DNA of 64,000 bases, from positions 1 to 64,000 of the forward strand of contig NW_021835999.1 of assembly GCF_006345805.1 (NCBI RefSeq), written 5' to 3'. Made by a program: the position numbers and the translations under genes. The notes below the pieces were generated by a model. That model was given only the letters and a program-made list of their open reading frames with translations, was not told the origin of the DNA and ran no database searches. The stretch is from Octopus sinensis (lineage: Eukaryota). Below are positions 26,069-38,273 of the stretch, piece after piece (the stretch's first letter is position 1; each line of letters begins with the position of its first letter).

Positions 26069-27314
26069 TACACCCCTCGACATTAAAATCCGAACACTTA
26101 ATTTTTAGCAAATTTTTAATCATTTTTAATAAAAGAATTTATTTGAGCTTCTTTATTTGTATTATTTTAACTATTTATATATTTAAATATATATTCAAAC
26201 ATATAATTCTAAAGAATAAAGCAAAAAACGGAAATTTCATGACAAAAAAAACCGAACAAAATTTAATTAGTAGCTTGAATGCCTTCCTTTTTCTGTTGTA
26301 AACTTCCAAACTACGATTTTTCATTGAGCTAACAAGTTTTTTGATGACTTCCATTAGAATATTTTCCCAAATTTCCGATATTTTTCGCTTTAGATCAATT
26401 TTTGTACTTGTTCTGCTTTCTGACGTATCACTTGATAGAACGTTTTTAATGTGAGCCCAAATGTGTTCGATTGGGTTCATGTCAGGTGACTGAGGTGGCC
26501 AGTCGAGCAAATTAATATTTTGAGACGACATATATTCTTTAGTTGCCTTAGATGTGTGGCAAGGCGCATTATTTTGTTGGAATATATAGTCGCTCAATCC
26601 CATTTTATTCGCCGAATCTTCAAGATTATTTGCCAGAATAGTAATATATTCCCCAGAGTTCGTTTTTCCATCAATAAAAACTAATTTCCCCATTCCGAAA
26701 TACGAAAAACAGCCCCAAACAAGAACTTTCCCTCCACCAAACTTAAAACTAGGTATTATCTTCGCATATCTCAATTTATTTCCTTTTTTCTGTATTGATA
26801 CATTCGTCTTGAATGGGAAAAAAGTTCAAAACTACATTCGTCGGAGAAAATAACTTTCCTCCATCCGCTGTCGGAAATTGCAAGAAATTTTTTAGATATT
26901 CCATATCTGAGAACAATATTTTTTGAACTTAGAAATGGTCGTTTTTTTACAACTCGTCCATACAAACCTTTTGAGTTTAGAATTCTTGTTATTGTGCGTG
27001 CTGAGACTTTTTTGGTGTAATTTTTTCCATTTCTGAAGACAAGGTAGCTGCAGTTCGAAAATTATCAGTTGATAATGATAAAAGAATCCTAATTTCATCT
27101 TGACTGAACTTGGGTGGCCTTCCAGATCCAGCCTTTCTGCACGTAATCTCGGTTTTTAGATATTTTTTAACAAAGTCCCAAACAGTTGTCTTCGGTATAT
27201 TTACGATGTCCGAAATCATTTTATAGGAGAAATTTTGATTATATCTTAATAATAAAATGGTATGGTGTGTGTCTGTCTGTCTGTCTGTGTGTGCACACCA
27301 ACTTCAATTGGCAA

Positions 27315-28200
27315 TACGATGTCCTCGACTTACATGATGAGGTCCTTAAAACCTTCCCCCCCAAAAAAAATTAAAAAAAAATTTTCTGCATTTTGGTTAA
27401 AATGAACAACTACAATGTCCTCGACTTACATGATGAAGTCCTTAAAACCTTCCCCCCCAAAAAATTAAAAAAAAATTTTCTGCATTTTGGTTAAAATGAA
27501 CAACTACAATGTCCTCGACTTACATGATGAGGTCCTTAAAACCTTCCCCCCCAAAAAAATTAAAAAAAAATTTCTGCATTTTGGTTAAAATGAACAACTA
27601 CAATGTCCTCGACTTACATGATGAAGTCCTTAAAACCTTCCCCCCCAAAAAAAATTAAAAAAAATTTTCTGCATTTTGGTTAGAATGAACAACTACAATG
27701 TCCTCGACTTACATGATGAAATCCTTAAAACCTTCCCCCCAAAAAAAATTAAAAAAAATTTTCTGCATTTTGGTTAAAATGAACAACTACAATGTCCTCG
27801 ACTTACATGATGAAGTCCTTAAAACCTTCCCCCCCAAAAAAATTAAAAAAAATTTTCTGCATTTTGGTTAAAATGAACAACTACAATGTCCTCGACTTAC
27901 ATGATGAAGTCCTTAAAACCTTCCCCCCAAAAAATTAAAAAAAATTTTCTGCATTTTGGTTAAAATGAACAACTACAATGTCCTCGACTTACATGATGAA
28001 GTCCTTAAAACCTTCCCCCCAAAAAAAATTAAAAAAAATTTTCTGCATTTTGGTTAAAATGAACAACTACAATGTCCTCGACTTACATGATGAAGTCCTT
28101 AAAACCTTTCCCCCAAAAATCAAAAATTATTTTCTGCATTTGATTAAAATGAACAACGTTAATGTCCTCGACATTCATGATGAGGTCCATTAAAACCTTC
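27315..28200. repeat. ~94-bp satellite (variant 2), ~10 copies, inside the Helitron
   Basis: Unit AATGTCCTCGACTTACATGATGAAGTCCTTAAAACCTTC(n)A(n)TTA(n)TTTTCTGCATTTTGGTTAAAATGAACAACTAC. Confidence 0.96.
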
Positions 28201-28737
28201 AAGGCAAAAATCTCACGTATTAAGAATATCCTTGATGAAAACGACAGCGAGAATATTAACAATGATGAACTCCCAATTATTCGCGATAAAGAAATTCAAT
28301 TCATCCTATGTTTTTCTCTTTAAAATTAAATGCATATATCATTATCGACCATGAATCAAAATTAAAGCTATTATCATATTTGACTTTGACAGAATGTGCA
28401 ATCACAGATTGCACGACTTTGAATAGAGTGTGCAAGTAACAGATTTAGAAAAACCACTTTGATAGTTGAAACCACATTAGCACAATCATTAACACAATTT
28501 ACCACCAATTGACGCACGACCTTGAATAGAGTGTGCAATTAACAGATTTTGAAAAACACTTTGATAGTTGAAACCACATTAGCACAACCATTAACACAAT
28601 TTACCACCAATTGACAGCGCAATCAGAAGAATTTGCGTAAAAATATTAACTATTTACTTGAGTTTTTCGTAAAGATAGAATTTATTTTCGGTATGCCTCT
28701 TTTCCTAAACTTTTTTATTATTCAAAAATAATTTTTT

Positions 28738-29720
28738 GGTACATATGTAGTAGTTGGCGGCCACTTTTTAGCGAATTTTAAAAAAACTATATTTTTTTTG
28801 GTGAATAATTACCTTTTTTAAATAATATTACTATAAAAAAATTAATTATTTTTATACAAATTATTAATTATTTTTTTATTTTAGTTTTGATTCTGGGGGA
28901 CAATATAAGGCAATGCACTCCATGATTGTTTCAAATTCTTTCTTTTTGGCTGTCTGTCGCCAAATGAACTCCGTAAAATAACTATTAAGGTGTTGTCTGA
29001 CTGTTCCCCTTTGTTTTCTATTACGCCATTTGGCGCTACTCCACATTCTAAGGAATAATTATATAATTGGAAACCTTTCAATATGTTGGGTGTGTGCACC
29101 CGTAGTTGGATCAACAAAACAATATCTGTGATTCACTTGCAGGTGCTGATATCCTGCATCCTGAAGATCTTTTGTTGAATAACCCTTCCAGCAGTCTGAT
29201 ATGAGAATGGTGCCTTCTTCTACATTCTCAAGAATAGCCTTCGTAAGGGTCTTCATTGTTCTGTCAGGTATTGCTTCTAAGAAGCATTGGTTCGTTTCTC
29301 TGCAGATTCCGCCGAAAACCCATTGCTCAGGCAACATTCTGCCTCTGTTGTATTTCCTTTTTGAAAAATGACTTTCGTCAATTTCCACAATCATTCCTTC
29401 ACCGCCTATTATATTATAAATTTACGCACACCTATTTTGGATCTCTGACGAGATGTCAATGATAGCATGCAAATTTCACGCATGTACATTGACCAGTCCA
29501 CGGTTGTATGTGAAGCCCAACCAAGATTTTCCATGCATATCTCCATAGAAGATATATTTTTTGCCCACAGGTAGACAAACCGGATTATATCTTCGAATGG
29601 TACTTTGGTTCCTGCTAACCACGTTCCTGTTGAGTTTTAATGATATAAATACCAGTTTTTAGACTCGATTTACTTCGACAGCCCCTTCTGTAGCAATTCC
29701 AAGCCGGAGAGCTGCCAATG
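28738..29720 (-). mobile_element. Merlin/ISXO2-like (IS1595-family DDE) transposon fragment inserted in the Helitron
   Basis: IVEIDESHFSKRKYNRGRM..QWVFGGICRET..ISDCWKGY..VNH..FVDPTTGAHTQHIE. The empty site is visible in the copy at ~63110 (AATTTTTTAAATAG). One end begins GGTAC. Confidence 0.88.
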
Positions 29721-30276
29721 TTTTTTAAATAGATAACCGAAGGAGGAAAAACGAAGCTGAAGAAAAAACGGTCAGCTTAATAAGGTAATTAATTAAATCT
29801 TTTTTGTGTGTCGCTTTCTTGCCTGCCGCATTTCCGCCTGCCGTATCTCCCCCTGCCCCATTTCCGCCAGTAAAAAATAAAAAAAGAAAAAAAGGAAATT
29901 ACAAAGGAAAAATGAAAAAATTAAATATAAAAAATAAACCACAAAAAATGAAAAAAAAAGTTTGCAATGACAATAAACAAGGCCCAGGGACAGTCATTAA
30001 AGGTAGTTGGGTTATTTTTAGAGAGTGAGTGCTTTTCACATGGACAGCTGTATGTGGGATGCTCGAGGGTAGGCAGAAGAGAAAATTTATTCATATATGC
30101 CAAGGAAGGACGGACGACAAACATCGTTTATCAACAGGCGATAGAATAGGGTTACATTAAACCAGGTAGTTTTATACATCTACATAAACTTATAGTTGTT
30201 TGATGAAACAGGCCCTCCGCAGGAGCTAGGTCGCGGTGAGCGAAGCGAGCTGCCGAGCTAGTAAAGATATAATTTG

Positions 30277-30742
30277 GGTAATCTCCAAGTTTCGACCAAG
30301 TGTAAATCTCGACATATAAGCAATAGATTTTAAATATTTTTTCATTTTTATTAATTTAAATTAATTTTAATGGGATTGTCTATCGGATTGTCTGGATTTT
30401 ATATTTTTTTTAAAATAAAAATTAAGCCAAAAAAGCGTATTTGTAAACTATTAGGAGCAGAAATTGCAGCCGCATCAACAATAGACAATCCCATTTAAAA
30501 TTAGTCAATGTTGGCCATTGAATTCTACGTTTTTGAGGTATTTTTTTAATTATATGAGAAGTTTGGCGAGAAACAACGGTTGAAAGGGTAGGTGGTTGTT
30601 TTATTTGTTAGTTTATTGACGATGTGTGTTTTCTTTAATTTATTAATATTAATTATTTATTTCTAACAAGGAATTATTTTAATAAAATTTTAAATAATTT
30701 ATTCTCTTGTGGTTTTTACTTGGTCGAAACTTGGAGATTACC
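30277..30742. mobile_element. MITE, probably Merlin-derived
   Basis: TIRs GGTAATCTCCAAGTTTCGACCAAG / CTTGGTCGAAACTTGGAGATTACC; perfect 8-bp TSD ATAATTTG; internal inverted repeat AATGGGATTGTCTAT / ATAGACAATCCCATT. Confidence 0.88.
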
Positions 30743-30989
30743 ATAATTTGTCCTTTTTTGAAATTATTCATCTCTGTCTAATAAAAATTGTATTCTGCGA
30801 GTTGAACAAAATACCGTTCGGAATTTTTTGTCACTAGAAAACACGTTTCTGCTTTAATTTTGAAAATTATTTTAAATATATAAATAATTAAAATAATACA
30901 AATAAAGAAGCTCAAATAAATTCTTTTATTAAAAATGATTAAAAATTTGCTAAAAATTAAGTGTTCGGATTTTAATGTCGAGGGGTGTA

Positions 30990-31645
30990 TGATCAGTCGT
31001 AGCTAATTTCTGAGTTCAGCTTTTCGTATTCCTGTCTTGTAAAATCCCATAAATATGGGTTTCGGCAGTTTATTGTAAAGACAAATTTTTGTTTTTACGT
31101 CAAGTCCTTTCCGGGTGAGCCATCCCTTTTTCAGTTTGTATAGTGCAATAAAAGTAAGAGTCTTCATGAATAGCCTCTGCGCATTGAGGAGAGAACTCTG
31201 TTTCTTGGTTTTGTGTCATGCTCTGTCTTTCCTGTCTTTTTTTAATCAATTTCTTAATTTTTGTTTTTCCAATGTTCAGTTCTAGTGACCAGCCTGACAA
31301 TTTTCTGGTGTTTTATAAACTAGGACCTTTAGTATTTTATTGTTGGAGATCAGGTTGATATCATCTGCACAGCCTATCAATGTTGTCTCTATCTCAAGCA
31401 CAGGCCTCAAGTCTCGAAAAACCACCTCAAAGTAGATAACAAACAGAATATCGAATAGTGAATCTTTTTAGGCAGCGGCAGGTGTTGTTTCAAACTTTCT
31501 CGACGATTCATATCTAGTTTTTACAGTAGGCTTGTCTCCATCATTTAACCATTTTGACAGCCGAGTCGTCTAAGAAGTCTCCAAGTATTTGTAGAAGTTT
31601 AGTTCAATCGACCGAATCAAATGCTCTTAACATGTCCTTTTAGAG
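30990..31645 (-). mobile_element. Decayed RTE-like RT remnant, interrupted by a hAT
   Basis: DMLRAFDSVD, LFVIYFEVVFRDL, GCADDINLIS and LNIGKTK fragments with stops. Confidence 0.6.
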
Positions 31646-33401
31646 CAGGGGTGCGCAAGCTTTTTGGGTTTGCGGCCGCATAGCATTTTTTTTCCTTCTC
31701 TTCCACGGCCGCACATTTTCTGCATTATTTTTTCGATATTAATATAGTAATTTTTTTAATTATTAAAAGTGACCGCATAAGTTGCCCATTGTCATCGAGA
31801 CCGAATGAGTTCTTGGACAGGAAATGCTCTCGTTCATCAGGGACATCATATTATTAAAATAAATAATTATTTCATGGACAAAAGATAAGAAAGAAGGAAA
31901 ATTAATTAAAAGAAATGTATTATACAAGCTATTCTAATGACGGCCAAGATCTTTGGTATTTTTTGCGAGTTTATTGAAATTCACTGGTAGGGTAGATATC
32001 ATTATGCGCAAACATGACTCTAAGTTTGCGTCCGTTATCCGAGATCTATATTGACTTTTTAAATATTTCATTTTGGAAAATGTAGACTCACATAAATATG
32101 TGCTTCCGAATAAAACGAGAATATTTCTTGCCATTTCACGTAAATTTGGATAATCTGTCGCTGATTTCCATACATTCAACAAATCTTCGCTTTCATTAAA
32201 TTTATTTATCAAAATTAAATCATTTTTTAATTTCAATAATTCAATTTGAAATTCCAATGGCGCATTCTCAATCGAAACAGTATGTGGTGCTGCAGTTAAT
32301 TGAAGTTTGAGTTCAATTTTTTTAAATTCGTTAAATCGCTCTTCAAATTGTTTCAAAATATAATCGAATATAGTATTAAATGTATTTGGTGTAAGATCGT
32401 CATAATTAATTATTTTGTCATCAATGAGATTTTTGACTTTTTGAAAATAAAATAATTCATTTTTTCTATGTGAATCTTCAGTAGGCGGCATGTATCCATA
32501 AATCGTTAATTTTTTTATACATTCGACAAATTGTTTGGTCTCATGTATTTCAAAATCGAAGGATAGAGTACGAATAAATATGATCAGCTGAGCAGAATCA
32601 CATATATCATTCGACTCATCAATGGCAAGTGAAAATAACGTAGTTTGAGAATTTAATTTTTGTAGGAGTGATAGATTAAGATGCTCGGCAATATGAAACT
32701 GTCGGCGCTGAATTGTGTCACGTGAAAGTGGAATTGCTTCAAAGTTATGCTCCTTGTCGGGATCAACGCATTTAACTGATTCCATGATACATCTTTTCAC
32801 AAGTTCGCCGTCTGAAAAAGGTTTTCCAGCAGATCCAAGGATATGAGCAACTCGAAAGGATGCTTCAACTCTTGCATTTGTCACATTTAAAAAAGTTTTT
32901 AAACATTTTTTTTGTTGTCTAAATTTTTATTTCAAATTTTCGACGGAATCTTCTCTTGAACACTTGGACTTGACAACTAGGTGGTCTAAATGTCTTTGAA
33001 AATGTTGTTTAGCATTGTCCCGTTTTATAGTTTTCACAATCTCATGGCACAATAAGCATTGTATGCTATTGTTGTCTGTTTCGACTACGAAGTATTCACT
33101 TTCCCAGCTGATATTAAATTTTCTTTTTTCTTCATTCAAAGAACGTCGTCTTTTAACAGGTAATGACATAAATAAATTAAGCCGTTTATGATAATTACTT
33201 TTTTTTTTATTTACTTTTAATAAAGATTAACCATTATATAAAAATAGAATTTTATTTAATATGAATATTTTTAATTATTATTTAGGGTTTTTCTTGATTA
33301 ATTAACACTATGAGCATTATATTTAAGATTAGTTGCTCGATGACCTAATTGTGCCCACGGCCGCACATTCATCGACTCGCGGCCGCACTTGCGCACCCCT
33401 G
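31646..33401 (-). mobile_element. hAT (Buster/SPIN, GTF2IRD2-like) transposon with internally deleted transposase
   Basis: TIRs CAGGGGTGCGCAAG / CTTGCGCACCCCTG; TSD TTTTAGAG / ATTTAGAG; RKFNISWESEYF..CLLCHE, KPFSDGELVKRC, FSLAIDESND, LFGSTYLCESTFSKMKYLKSQYRSRITD. Confidence 0.93.
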
Positions 33402-33603
33402 ATTTAGAGGATAGAAGTTGATATTTCGAGTTTTGTAGATTATAATCTTTAAATTGGAAATATCTAAAAGCAAACATGCGTTTTTTTAGCTTAAATTATT
33501 CCATTTTCATACTAATCTGTTGCTAAAAATAGTTAATGAACCCGAAGAATCATGTTTTAAGACTAATTTAATCAAAAAAGAAGTTATTAAAATTTGCAAA
33601 AAT

Positions 33604-33677
33604 TGCCCCGACAGGGACTCGAACCCTAGACCTTCGCGTTATTAGCACGACGCTCTAACCAACTGAGCTACCGGGGC
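33604..33677 (-). tRNA. tRNA-Ile (anticodon AAT)
   Basis: GCCCCGGTAGCTCAGTTGGTTAGAGCGTCGTGCTAATAACGCGAAGGTCTAGGGTTCGAGTCCCTGTCGGGGCA folds as a cloverleaf with A/B boxes; TTTTT Pol III terminator immediately downstream. Confidence 0.95.
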
Positions 33678-34157
33678 GCTATTCTATGACTTTAACTTTA
33701 AGGAGTATATTATTTTATATGATCTGCTTTTTAGCAGAATTTATTTTGTTAGAATTTGCGGTATTTTGTCAGTTTTTAAATTACCTAATCGAGGAGAGAA
33801 CTCAGTTGCTTATTTGAAATTAATAATTTCACTTGATTCTGAAAAACAAAACAGAATGATTACTTTAATTAATTTTTTTTTCATACACCAAATTTTTATC
33901 CAAAGAACAAAATAAAACAAATTTTGTACATTTAGAAATTATACAAACAAGTAATTATTTGTGGTTAAGTATGAAAAAGAAATCACAAAGAACTTTTCTT
34001 AAGAATCAATCGAACTCAATACCTACTGCTTAATGGAAACTATAGGAGCTTCTAACTCACATAAGCCATTTTATGTCAAACAAAAAAATAACCACAATTT
34101 AATCCTTTTGGTAAATTAACAAATAAATAACGTCGATTCTAAATTTATACTGCCTCG

Positions 34158-36185
34158 TTAGGATTTATAGTTCTCAACGAAAGCATTTACACGATATCTT
34201 CGATGGAGATTCTCATAATCATTTAAAATAATTACTCCAAGTTCTTCCATGAATATTGTTAATTATTAAAGCGATTGGAGCCAAAGATCCTAGTTCAGCC
34301 TTTGTTTTCACTCCATGAATTTATTTGGAAGGCCAACAGGATTGGTTTTCATATTTGAAAAACAAGCATACACCACACTAGGTCGAATATATAATTAAGG
34401 AATAAGAAGAACGAGAATGTCCATATTTAAGTAGATAATGGCTATTTATTTTGGCTGTACTGAATATTTCATAAGTCATTGAACCGCGAACCAAATCTTT
34501 TTTAAAGTGTCTTAGGTGTTTCATACATAGAAAAGAAAAGACATAAGAAATCAATTATGTCACTTAAATCTTCATAATCTCACGTTGATAGAGTCTTAGT
34601 AATAATTAGGATAATAAATAGAATTGCCTAAAAACTCAGAACAAATCACAATTTGATTGAATTTGAACTTGTTTATATATTCCCATCAAGACCAATAATC
34701 TGTATAAATATGAATATAAAATACATGAAGAAAAGCAGAATATTTCCAACAATACCAGCAGTTAAGCAATTTCCAATAAAATTGGAAAACAATCCAATCC
34801 AGCCTTCAGCTAAGAAATCACATACATACCATAACCCGGAATGCTATCATTTTCATCTTGATATATACTTTCCTGTGCACTGAAAACATCTTCAGGGACA
34901 CCCTTGTTGGATTCAGAAATAACTTCCCGAATGAATTGTGTATATTCTGCAATTTTGGACATTCCGTTGCTGATGATCAATTTCCGAACGAGAACAAAAG
35001 TGTTTGGTTTCACTACAATCTGAGCATGTACTTTGAGATGTGAGGAAATGGGAGAATTGCTAGTTATGCAGAATCTTAAAATTACTAAATTATTGATTAC
35101 AGCATCTCTGTGTGAAAAGAATCTGAGTACGTCACTCCCTTAGTCCGCGATATTGTTCTGATAACATAGACTGCTCCCATCTTGGTCGAAGACTCTAAAA
35201 TCTTATTTCTAGTTAAAATATAGCAGAAAAACCTGCTCTTCTTCAATATGAGCGACAATCATTCCGAAAGAGGTGTTGGTCTTCATGTTGTAGACGACTT
35301 GTCTTCGTTTTACGTCCCCATCCTGTTGCCATTCGCTTAAAGAAATCACTGAAAATGTATACTCATAAAAAATACAAAAAGCATTTAATTTATCAAAAAT
35401 ATTTTTGATAAAATTGGAATTCATAAACATCAAAATAAATAATTTGTGGGCGGACAGTGAGTAATCAACCGCAAGGAGTTGCTTTCCAGGATGCAAATGT
35501 CCCTCACAATTTACCGGTTCTTCAGGAGAGACTGCCTTTAGTCAACTAATTAAAGAACGTGTTGTTTTGTAAACGTCAAAAAGGCACGAGACGTCATCAA
35601 TAACTTGTTGATTCGACTCTATGATTGGTGACGTGGCTTGTGGTTCTGATTTAAAATCAGATTGTGAGGCAGACTCCCTTGTAGAAACAGAATTTATGGT
35701 GTTTCTAAATGTGGATGTTCTCAGAGTATCGGATATCTATTACATAACCAAACAAACAATTACCTCCCCAAATCTCCGACTGTGAATACTCCAAATTAGA
35801 TTATAAACTTTATCTCGACAAAGAAAGGAATAAAATGTAAATCGTTTTTCATTTACGCAGTGAATCACAATTGCATTAGGGAAAAGAAAAGCAGTCTTTT
35901 CTTTACGAATATCTACAACATCTTTTAATTCTATGACGATCTATTTATTTGCAAATATGTCAACATGATTACAGATATGTTCTTTTTGAAGAATTTTGCA
36001 AAAAAGGAAAGATAGTTAAGAGTGACTACCAACTTTCCCTGTATCATAATTTCTCTGCGAATCGCACAAATAAATGCTAAAACTGATTTTTTATCGGTCA
36101 AACCCGAGATATAAGTTTCATTCTCAAGATAACCATCAAGTTCGGAAAATCCTAATTGAGATTTTCTAGAAATTATTAGTTTCAT
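34158..36185 (-). CDS. GRAMD1: GRAM + VASt (StART-like) domain membrane protein, Aster/GRAMD1-like
   Basis: GRAM: FICAIRREIMIQGKLVVTLNYLSF..IRKEKTAFLFPNAIVI..FYSFLCRDKVYNLI. VASt: CEGHLHPGKQLLAVDYSLSAHKLFILMF. Hydrophobic segments near 34600-34800. 3' end approximate. Confidence 0.78.
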
Positions 36186-36384
36186 TTAAATGTAATAGCA
36201 AAAGTTTATTTACTTCTTTTTAGTATTTTTGATCATAACAAATTAAATCGCTAATTGCCAAAGCAATTCAAACAGATTTATTATTAAAGTTGTTTAGGTA
36301 ATTAAATATTTAAAAAATATTAAAAAAGCATTAATAGTCACTAAGTAGACTACTTTTATTAATAAAGAAAGGACAAGAGAAAAA

Positions 36385-37065
36385 TCGTCATTGGCAGATA
36401 GCCAGAGTATTGCCTCTGATTTTCGATACATAATTTGATATTCTGATTGGAAAAGGAGTTCACGCACGTGACGTCTCAAACCAGACACTTTCCCCTCTGA
36501 AATGGAAATGTGGTCATCCCATCGGGTCTTCTGCCGTCCTCTACGAAAATCCCTGCAGGTTCCAATTGTGTGTGGAATCCAGCAGTTCGAAGAGATCGAC
36601 AGATGATCTGGTTCAGTTCGGAATGCCGTGAGGAACGTCCAATTCCGTTTCGACATGAGAGGGAGTGATATCCAAACTCGTCGGTCCACACGCCGCAGCG
36701 GCATTGGTGTTTTGCATAAACGCGTAGACCGAGGCGCAGACAGACTCCAATTCTTACGGCTTCATCCTTAAGAAGGCAGCCAGTTGTATTACAAGGGTAA
36801 CAGTTTAGCCACGCGCCGCTTAGGGGCTGGCTACCCGCTTGTAAACAAGCCAACCTTCTCTGGTCCATGGTTTCCTTTATCCATGAAAACGTATTGGCGT
36901 GGACTTTCGACGTCCACTGATTGGCAGGTCACATCAGATGGCAATGGCAATCCCAGCTTTTTCCATACGGCGACGCAATCATCCACAGCAAATGATTTCC
37001 TCTGTTCGTTTATTTGAGAAAGAACAGTGTCGATCAAGCCGATCCCTCCAAGGGAAATTGGAAGA
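36385..37065 (-). mobile_element. CRE-clade retrotransposon 3' fragment
   Basis: STLPISLGGIGL, LACLQAGSQPLSGAWLN, HQCRCG..GYHSLSC, RHSELN, LEPAGIFVEDGRRPDG; internal deletions. Confidence 0.85.
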
Positions 37066-37211
37066 GTTGAACACAATTAAAAAATTACATCTAGACCAAA
37101 AAACGGTCATTCAAAAACAGTCTTCTCTGATTCAAAAAATAGTGCAACACTCTTCAATAATATATATCAATAAATGTCATTATTTTATAAATATAAATTA
37201 GCATTCAAAAT

Positions 37212-38193
37212 ATGTCGGCTGATGAGAGGATAGAGCCTTATCTTTCACACTTTGATATTATCGAACTGGAAAGAAAAATATCCGAGATCAAATCGATGGA
37301 TACTACAAATGAGCAAGTATTTACTTAATTCATTATCATTCCACTAGCCAATTGATATAATCAAATTTATTGACCTTACCTCACTTTCTGTCTACGACGA
37401 TCCTTTCCGACTCAAAAATATATGTTCCGTAGGTGTCAGGCCTATTCATTATTCTGAATCACATGTCCCTGCAGTTTGCTTTTTTTCTCGATTTTCGAGA
37501 GAAATAAGTGAATATCTCTCCAAAGAATCTTATTCTGATAAAATTAAATTAGCAGTAGGTCGACTCATGCTGATAATTACATTTTAGTTTGTGGAGGGTT
37601 TCCACATGCACAAATTACTTTATTTGCCAAAGAGGCTGAGATTCGGGACGCCGTAGCCAGTGGAGTCAATGAAATCGACCTTGTTATTCCTCGAGGATTG
37701 GTCTTTGCAAAAATGTGGGACGGTCAACTTAAATATTATATCCACAGAACTTCTCAATGAAATCACAGTCCTTAAAAAGGCATGTGGATCTTGTTTGTTG
37801 AAAGTGATTATCTCGTCGGGAGAACTCAAAGACGTTAACCTTATTCAGAAAACTGCCGCGGTCTGCATTTTGGGGGGTTGAGGATTTTTGTTGAGTTTAG
37901 GCTCCGACTTTGTTAAACTCTGCACAGGAGTTGGAGATGATTTGGCAACCATGGAGGCTGGGTTTGTCGTAGCCTCAGTAATAAGAAAGTACTATGAGAC
38001 TACTGGGAGAAGGGTGTGTTTTTACTAATCGCAGATTGGCTTAAAAACAAGTGGTGGAATACGGACTGTTGATCAGGCGATGCAGTGGATTTGTCTGGTC
38101 AAACGGGAGCTGGGAAAAGATTGGTTGACTCCTCAACTATTCAGAATTGGGGCTAGTTCGCTTCTCCAGAACATTGTTAATGTTTCACAGTGA
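37212..38193 (+). CDS. DERA: Deoxyribose-phosphate aldolase
   Basis: FIDLTSL, GGFPHAQ, GVNEIDLVIPRG, LKVIISSGEL, GSDFVKLCTG, IGLKTSGGIRT, WLTPQLFRIGASSLL; ~22-30 nt introns. Confidence 0.92.
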
Positions 38194-38273
38194 TTTGTTC
38201 TGGTTACTTAAAAGATTTTTTTGACTTCAATTTTTAAAATTTTGTAATTATCAGTCAATAAACTGCTTTATAT

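Larger units (their letters stand above)
27244..30261 (+). mobile_element. Non-autonomous Helitron with both termini
   Basis: A|TC 5' end and CTAG|T 3' end preceded by the GC-rich hairpin region GAGCTAGGTCGCGGTGAGCGAAGCGAGCTGCCGAG; no TSD; Pif1 helicase C-terminus [37 protein letters not shown] at ~29961-30149. Confidence 0.92.
26071..30987 (-). mobile_element. Tc1-like transposon with ~100-bp TIRs, disrupted by a Helitron and a MITE
   Basis: TA|CACCCCTCGACATTAAAATCCGAACACTTAATTTTTAGC... with its inverse ending at 30987|TA; transposase SGRPPK, WRKVIFSDEC, GGGKVLVWGCFS, FQQNNAPCHTS, WPPQSPDMNPIEHIW. Confidence 0.93.

Noticed and set aside
29059-29394. Bacterial IS1595 contamination or recent bacterial HGT
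   Set aside because: The eukaryotic Merlin superfamily has this domain, and the fragment is embedded in a native Helitron.
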